DNA of 64,000 bases, from assembly GCA_003344405.1 (NCBI GenBank), contig NOWV01000128.1:1-64000 (forward strand), in the 5' to 3' direction. Both the position numbers and the translations under genes were made by a program. This document shows positions 56,636-64,000 of the stretch, piece by piece. Each line of letters opens with the position of its first letter. The first letter of the stretch is position 1. The notes below the pieces were generated by a model, which searched no databases, was not told the DNA's origin, and saw only the letters and a program-made list of their open reading frames with translations. This DNA is from Trichoplax sp. H2. Taxonomy: Eukaryota.

Positions 56636-57820
56636 TTAATTATAATGACCATCTAAAAATTTGGACAAAAATTCTTTAGGCCTTTCCGGTTTAGTTTCTT
56701 CAAAGTATCTCATAATATGAGTCTTAGCTTTCCATATGCTGTTTATTTCCTGTAATTCCATACGACCCTATAATGGAAAGTATCAAAACCAATTACAGTA
56801 AGGGATGTATAAACTTGGCAACTAACTTGATAGCTACTTAAGATACACGTTACATGCCATTAATGATGGATGAGAGCAAAGTAAAGTATCATAATGAAAC
56901 ATTGAAATAAAATGTAATGGCGCGAAGTAATTCATGAAATAATATGAATCTGTATGCTCTCAGTAGTGAACTGATCGGTTAGAAAACATTCAATTGTTAT
57001 TTGATTGATTTCACAAACCTTGATAATCAGCATGTCGATTTTTCGCAAGTCATGAATTCCAGCATTTCTCAAAAACATTTCCCTAACCTTATTTCTGCCT
57101 TCATCCACTGTAATATCAAGTTTATACGTTTGTATAGCCCGTGGGACCTACAAAAAGTGCATCGCAGGTTAGTCAATGAAACAGTGACCAATTCTATTCT
57201 GAAATGTTACTTCAAATACAGCAATACTGATGCTGAAGCGGAGTCAACAACACTCAGTGATGATCTATCTTTTCTGACATTGATATTTTAGCTGTCTCTA
57301 CTGTATAGTCTTATGAATGTGGAAGCGTCATGATCAACTTCGGGTAAAGAACTAACTGAATGATGCATGCTATCTTACGTGCACGACAGCCATTGGCAAC
57401 AATGTTGTCAAGACCTTACGGTCAATTAATATGACTCGAGACGACAAATATAGATCATTAGAACAGATGTAAGGAAACAAGCCGATCCTATACCGATCCA
57501 TTGCATAGCTTTACCATATCATTCTAGTTACACTATGAAAAGGTTGTGCTTCGACAGTAAACTGGATACTAAGCATTATTATGTGATTGAGATGGCAAAT
57601 GATTGATAATTATTATGAAAGAATCTCCACTGTCTACTTAAGCAACTCCTGTTCAATTTTGGGCATGATGTGTTTCCGGCATAACATTTAGACTAATTTC
57701 ATCTGTAGACAATTTTACCTCTCTATACCATTCTCTGTAGAGATTAAAGACTCGTCTTCTAGCTTCGATAGAGGTAGATGATAATAAAGGTTTGACTTCG
57801 GCTACAGCTCTGGCCGCCAT
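56636..57820 (-). CDS. NDUFA6: NADH:ubiquinone oxidoreductase subunit A6 (LYR-motif protein), 3 exons, 120 aa
   Basis: Exons 57820-57719, 57147-57019, 56767-56636. Sequence VKPLLS...[18 protein letters not shown]...[18 protein letters not shown]...[11 protein letters not shown]...[12 protein letters not shown]. Confidence 0.96.
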
Positions 57821-58228
57821 CTTGGTGGGGAGATCAACGCGATCGACGTGAGTGTACAGTACAGTGCGAGTGGTGCTTTGAATTTGTATAGTAAAACACA
57901 CGTTGAGCGTCCCTGCCGCAGGTTGGTACTGTACACTCGGTGCACTGTACTTCGTGTCCAGCGTCCACTGTCCAGTACGTACAGAACAGATGTCGCAAGT
58001 TCAAGTAGTATTGTTATGCAATGTGAAGACAAACTACGACATCTGTTAGACACCTCTAGGGAATGGAAACTGGACTGGGCAACTTCTCACTCCAATTCCA
58101 TTTCTTGTCTTGCAGTTTTCTCTTGGACCATCGCAGTTTCAACTCGTTTTCAACCTTAATAATGACGGTGCAATGTAGTCGGTGAATGTATCTTATGGTA
58201 CATACGATATGAGGTAGAGACGGGTAGT

Positions 58229-58961
58229 CAAAAAGCCTCTTGTACAACCAGCAACTTGTAAAATGACCAGAGTGATAGTATGGAGCCATGGACTACTGCG
58301 ATACCGTATCTAGTAGTCGAAGATCGACGATCTACTGTACACACAAGATGCAAAACATTGCATAGCAGATATTCAAAAAGTCTCATGTGCAACCAGCAAC
58401 TTGCAAAAAGACGAGTGATAGCATGGAGCCATGGACTACTGCGATACTGTATCTAGTAGTCGAAGATCGACGATCTACTTTACTATACTGTACACGCAAG
58501 ATGCAAAACATTGCATAGCAGATATTCAAAAAGTCTCTTATACAACCAGCAAACTTGCAAAAAGACGAGTGATAGCATGGAGCCATGGACTACTGCGATA
58601 CTGTATCTAGTAGTCGAAGATCGACGATCTACTGTACACACAAGATGCAAAACATTGCATAGCAGATATTCAAAAAGTCTCATGTACAACCGGCAACTTG
58701 CAAAATGACGAGTGATAGCGTGGAGCCATGGACTACTGCGATACTGTATCTAGTAGTCGAAGATCGACGATCTACTGTACACACAAGATGCAAAACATTG
58801 CATAGCAGATATTCAAAAAGTCTCATGTACAACCAGCAACTTGCAAAATGACGAGTGATAGCATGGAGCCATGGACTACTGCGACACTGTATCTAGTAGT
58901 CGAAGATCGACGATCTACTGTACTGTACACGCAAGATGCAAAACAGTGCATAGCAGTTATT
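58229..58961. repeat. Tandem repeat, 5 copies of a ~143-153 bp unit
   Basis: Units start CAAAAAG at 58229, 58374, 58527, 58671, 58814, with near-identical core GGAGCCATGGACTACTGCGATACTGTATCTAGTAGTCGAAGATCGACGATCTACT. Confidence 0.97.
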
Positions 58962-59914
58962 ATCGCGGAATCTGAAAGAAGTTTTGAAACATGCATAAAA
59001 AAGGAATTCAGTCTAACGATTGATTTATTAATGTAGGATTAGGGTAATGGAGGGCATCAGTAAGACTAATAATAGTATGAAGTGATAAAGAGCTGTGGTA
59101 ATATTTGTCTCGACAAATTGACTAGTTGAAGGCCTAAAATTGCTAAACTTGGACGTAGACCGGTGCCGAGTGCATGCATGTGTTCTAGCCCCATGCACGC
59201 TGATAATATCGCGTATCGCTATAATAAAACCGTTGGGAATGGACTGCAATTGGATCGGCTGGCAATCAATGAATTGGATAGCTTTCTCGTATAATCCTTA
59301 TTCTAGTTGAAATGCATTGATACGCATACATGCAATTATAGAAGTATGGTACTGTAAAGAGAAGCAAGTACATTAACATTCTACGCGTATTTCAAGTTTA
59401 TACATATATAGTCATATACGTTGTAAGACGAAATCAGCTCAATACAAACGCTAAAATAGAAGAACTGTTGAAAAAATGAAATAATCCAATGCGACGTTAG
59501 ACTGCAAGTGATGATTAATAGCTGACTTTCGAGAACTGTTGTTTAAAATGTACTGGATAATGCATACGAAGTTCTAATGTACAATCTATTCAGTTTTGGC
59601 TCGGTATGCCTTAAAGTAGAAATAAGGCTTTCAGTAGATCAAATGATAAAATCCACCACGACACCGATATCTGAACTTTGATAACTATTAATATATAATT
59701 AACACCGTATAAAAATTAAAGACATTGCGATATTTATAGCTAAATCTCGAAAAGCATACAAAAGCACATGGTTTCAAAATTGAAACAAACACTGGTTACA
59801 ATTCTTTTTTTTCTAGTATCACAACTACAACAATGATAAAGTGAAGCTATTTTTTTAACGTTATTTCTAAGTTAAAATAGGAATTTGTCTTAATCAACCA
59901 CGAAGTAAAGGCAT

Positions 59915-62900
59915 TTAAACACTGTTACTGTTGGTAATAAGGGACGGAAATAAGTAGGCGTAATTTAAATGCCCATCCGCTACGTTTTGTAGGTTGGTAG
60001 CAATTAGACTAGCTTCTAAAGTACTGGACTGAGCAGCAAAGCTGGTAACTAATGCTTGTGCTGGTGGGTCTTCAATGTCAGCTCCATAGTCAAGAAGGCT
60101 ATCATGGCGTAATGTAGTTTGCAAATTTGCAAAATTCACTTGAGTCTGTAACAAGAAATTGAATGGATGGTTTATCATATTCGTAACGTTAGTACGACTG
60201 CTACACATCAAAGTTTTATTGGTTACGCGTATAATCTCTTACATTCATTTAATCTTTATACTTACGATAGATTGCGAACCAGTAGGGAATCGTTCTGGCT
60301 GAAATCCAGCAACACCATCGACATCGTAATATTTTCCAGGCATATTAGGTACAAAGGATGCATACTCAAGCAGTGGATAATTGACAGCCGCGTGCTGACC
60401 AGATGCAGTCCATAAAATCAAGTGGATGGCATTGATCAGTTGACGTCTATTTTGAAACGCTGGAGGAAAATCTTTTATCTGTTCAATAAATTAAAACTGA
60501 AGTTGTTATTTAACGTAAAGGATAAAGCAAGAATTGAGCTTATAACGAAAATGGGCGCCTATTTACCTTGCCATTAGCGGAGTTTGGAGTGCCTGTTGCC
60601 TCATTGGACAACTCATCAGCCCAGGCTTGTAATTCAAAATCGTTGACAACATCCGCATCGCTATCATAGTATCTAACAAACGAAGAATATTATTAGAATG
60701 GCATGAATAATTTCAGCAATATCATATTTGATAGCATATGAATGTACAAAATAGGATACATATACGAGTATTTAGCTAGCCCGTTAGACCTACAGAATCG
60801 TAACGTATTATTAAGAATTGATAAAATTGAACGAAAGTAGACAACGTTTGCCAATTAATTGGATAAGTACGTTATGGCGTATGAATTTTCTTAATTAATT
60901 TTAAAGCTACTATTAATCCTGAATTATTTTTACTTAGCACTTTACTCAAAAATTAAATCATTAAACCAAAGATTTCGTCATTATCAAATTAACCGGTATA
61001 TCAGTATGCTATGATAATTCGCACTAGGCATCAATACATTATACCCGTATACATATTTATTAACATAGCACAAAGTGATAGTGTTATGAATTATAAATTT
61101 AAGAATATGAGAGAAGTATTGTACCATATACATCTTAAGTTGTAAAGTACTTTACGTATATATTAAGAACAGCATACTATAGCTAGTAAATAACTTACAA
61201 TGAAATATATTGTTCCGTAAAGTCTCGTAACAGATCAAAGACTTTCTTGCCGTCATCACGATATGGATAATAAGGTAAGATAGTTTCATCTGTTACACCT
61301 TGTTTCTGTATATGTCAATAAAGTACGGGAATCAAAAATTAGGATTTCCCTGCTGTAGTTACAAAAGCTGCTTCTACTTTGTTCATAATTTTAAAACTGT
61401 AGCATTCTATGTAGATGGAAGAAGGATGCAATACTCTGACAGCGGAAAGTAATATATGATACATTCTGTATATCTTACTCGTAAACGTTCAAATGTGTCC
61501 AAATCGTTAAAAGAGAACGAATTGTGTTGCTGATTTATCAATTCCGTAAAGCCTGCAAAGCCGGCAGTGGCTATATTGTCATATTGGCCAAATTGAGGGA
61601 TATGACTTAGCTCTACAAATTTGTTCAAGGTTAACGTGCCTACGCAATGACGGCGTAAAATTTGGCGTAACGGATGCTTTAAGGGCAAGTGTCGATTACC
61701 AACAACGCAGACTGGATCCATTAAGAATTGAGTTTTTAAGAGATGTTCAACAAGTTGACTAGAGACATATGTCGCTAATTGAGCTCGAGTTTTAGCAATA
61801 GACCAGTTATCGCCATCAGCAGGGGTAAAAACTGAGGACGTTGGTGTGCTATCCATCTGAATTGCAACTGGCAGTAATTGACCATTATTGACATCGGGAT
61901 TAGATACGAATATAGCAATTGGCGATGAGGTATTTTGCATTGTTCTATTATCAGTGGGTACTTCGTTGATGTCAGGTCCTTGCGGAAGTGCTCGTAATTC
62001 TGGAAATTGCATTACGAAGATACGACCATCTTCCAAAGCCTAATTTATTTTATGTTTACACAATTTACACAGTTATCATCGATGACAATAATTATCCAAG
62101 GAAGCTCAATTATCACTACAATAACAGTAACATGATAAATAACTTTCTTACTTGATTTACAGTATTACCAAATGTTTGCGAATTCAATTTGGACTCAATT
62201 GCATTCTTCCAACCAAAATCAGGATTTAAGAAAGGTTTTAACTCAGAAACCTTAGTACCATCGAAAATAGCATCTAAGTAGGACCAAATGTTTATTAAAA
62301 AATTTAGTGCTGTAAAGAAATTGAGGCATAAATTTTTACTGCTATGGTTTTGTAACCTAACTTCGTATACTTGCATATCTGTGTTACGGTTTGAGCATTA
62401 TTAAAAGGAAATATTAAGAGATATCCATGTATGAAAGATGTAGTACGGTATATCTTACAAGTATTATTCGCTCCGTGTGGCTCTATCAAGTATATTGTAC
62501 AGGGTATATCAAAATGGAATTATTTATTTCTGTCTTACCTCTCTGACAAACAACTTTCCAGACAGGCTTAAAGCAGCTAGTATAAAACAAGCGCAAGCCA
62601 TATCGCGAAAAACGAGCTGATAAGCACTTTCGGAAGTAGCTTGGTGTGTTGTAAGAATTTTCAACGGTAGTACCATCCAGCCACTTACCATATTTTGCTC
62701 CCACATAGACACGTGAGTACCATGTTTTGAAGTACTTATTAACAAGTTTAGCTTCCGTAGGATCCGACAATATTGGTAAACGGCCATGATTACATTTGCA
62801 CTTATATTGAGCAATATGCCAGTTTGTGTAATGATATGGACGAAAGGCTTTATAGCAATGTTTACCAATTAATTTCCAACCCTGTGGACAAGCTACATGT

Positions 62901-63174
62901 ACATACAAGATTTAATATTTTGGTTGCTTAATTCAAGTTACCATTACCGGTAATTAAGATCTGATTAGCAGATCGGGTAATTTTGGAGAACGTGTTATTA
63001 TTAACAAATTACTCATAAATAATGTGATTAAAGCTACTTCAACTTACATGATTTGAAAACTCTGGATAGCTGCAAGGGATGTAATCCTGCCAAACGCTGC
63101 TCTGCAAAGACTTTATCATCCGAGAAATTATCAATGATTAGATCACTAGGCATCGTGAGTTGATTTCCTAGTGC
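59915..63174 (-). CDS. Lipoxygenase-family gene (5' exons not resolved) with an internal C-type lectin-like exon
   Basis: Exons 63174-63048, 62892-62539 (CTLD), 62273-62152, 62039-61479, 61305-61199, 60672-60567, 60478-60266, 60145-59915, all in phase. LOX motifs DKVFAEQRLAGLHP, LLPVAIQ, WSIAK, HLLKTQF, RHLPLKHPL, YPYRDDG, DFELQAW, TASGQHAAVN, FVPNMP, and terminal YLFPSLITNSNSV*. Confidence 0.9.
62539..62892 (-). CDS. C-type lectin-like domain exon (354 nt, phase 1-1) within the lipoxygenase gene
   Basis: CPQGWKLIGKHCY...W..AQ.KC....GRL...VYVG...WLDGT...KC...TSC......VC is the long-form CTLD pattern. Flanked by an AG acceptor (plus-strand CT at 62893-62894) and a GTAAG donor. Confidence 0.88.
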
Positions 63175-64000
63175 CTAAAGTAATGAATTTACAAAGCATG
63201 AATAGGTTTAGCTAAGTTTGCTATCAGTAAAAATTTCTTGATTGATAGTATGCTCTTAAAATAATTACATAGTATATGATTATACTAAAATATAGCATCC
63301 TATCAAAGTCGCTAAATCCAATTAGCTGACTTATCCATTTTTACCAATAAATTTCGTGGTGCAGCTAATTACGATCACTGCATAAACTTATTTTAGCATG
63401 ATAAATTATAACTCAGTATTATAGCAGTATACCATTGTATGTAATTATGACTAAGTCTAATAGTATCAGAACTAATATCTATGTTGTTTCTTTATCTTTG
63501 CTTGCATTCAATTCACATTATATGATGCTTATGTACTTTATATTTCTGCATTGCATTTGTACTATCCTTCACATAGGTTGCACTCTACTGTTGATTAGTA
63601 TAACAGTAACTCACATTCCCAAATTACAGTTTGAGACTCAAAATTCTTTGAGTTTACCATTAATTCATTACAGCCTGTCATCAATTGATTTCAAGATTTC
63701 AATCTTAGCTGTATACTAACTTAGATGAATTTAATCAACAAAAAAATAAAATTAAAATTAAATTAATAGCCTGATCGACACTCGAGGGCTTAGCCACACC
63801 CGAGGTCATAATTCGAGGACAATTTAGTATGCTGATTATTTTGACGCATGCGTCCATTAAGCGGAAGGTATATTTCTTTTCACGATATAGTTCCGCAAAT
63901 TTTCCTTTCTAGATATTATTTGCCAGCCGGACTAGAGATTTCTCCGCCTTTACCACTCCCATCTATTATTTAAAACTAATATTGAATGCGATCTGCTTTT

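Noticed and set aside
58229-58961. Tandem array as a CRISPR array, hammerhead array or coding repeat
   Set aside because: The units are fully repeated with no unique spacers. I saw no CTGAnGA/GAAA hammerhead core, unit lengths break the frame, and the context is eukaryotic.
63781-63854. Imperfect GC hairpin (63781-63804) and palindrome GACGCATGCGTC as a transposon end or upstream LOX exon
   Set aside because: No LOX-like reading frame with a proper donor site and no matching terminus inside the window, so it cannot be supported.

Overview
AT-rich eukaryotic (animal) genomic DNA with short GT-AG introns, so most of the supplied ORF track is exon fragments or noise. Compact genes, intronless orphan GPCRs and a short-type tropomyosin suggest an early-branching metazoan such as a placozoan (inference only). 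Eight genes were assembled by hand from splice sites and reading phase: a 6-exon protein with two CARD-like domains (+, 2565-5601); two paralogous intronless class A GPCRs in an old ~11-12 kb tandem duplication (14436-15569, 26497-27627); a 9-exon 242-aa tropomyosin (-); a third intronless GPCR (41801-42847); an 11-exon MRG15/MORF4L1 (-); a 7-exon coiled-coil protein (+); and NDUFA6 (-). A ninth, 5'-incomplete lipoxygenase lies on the minus strand at the right end. The main finding is that this lipoxygenase has a complete C-type lectin-like domain, on a symmetric phase-1 exon, inserted inside its catalytic domain, and one canonical iron-ligand His is Gln. Other findings: a 417-bp solo-LTR-like insertion with a 5-bp TSD whose empty allele is assembled beside it across an N-gap; apparent gene conversion between the GPCR paralogs; a ~144-bp tandem repeat; and ACTGTAC motif clusters upstream of the housekeeping genes.
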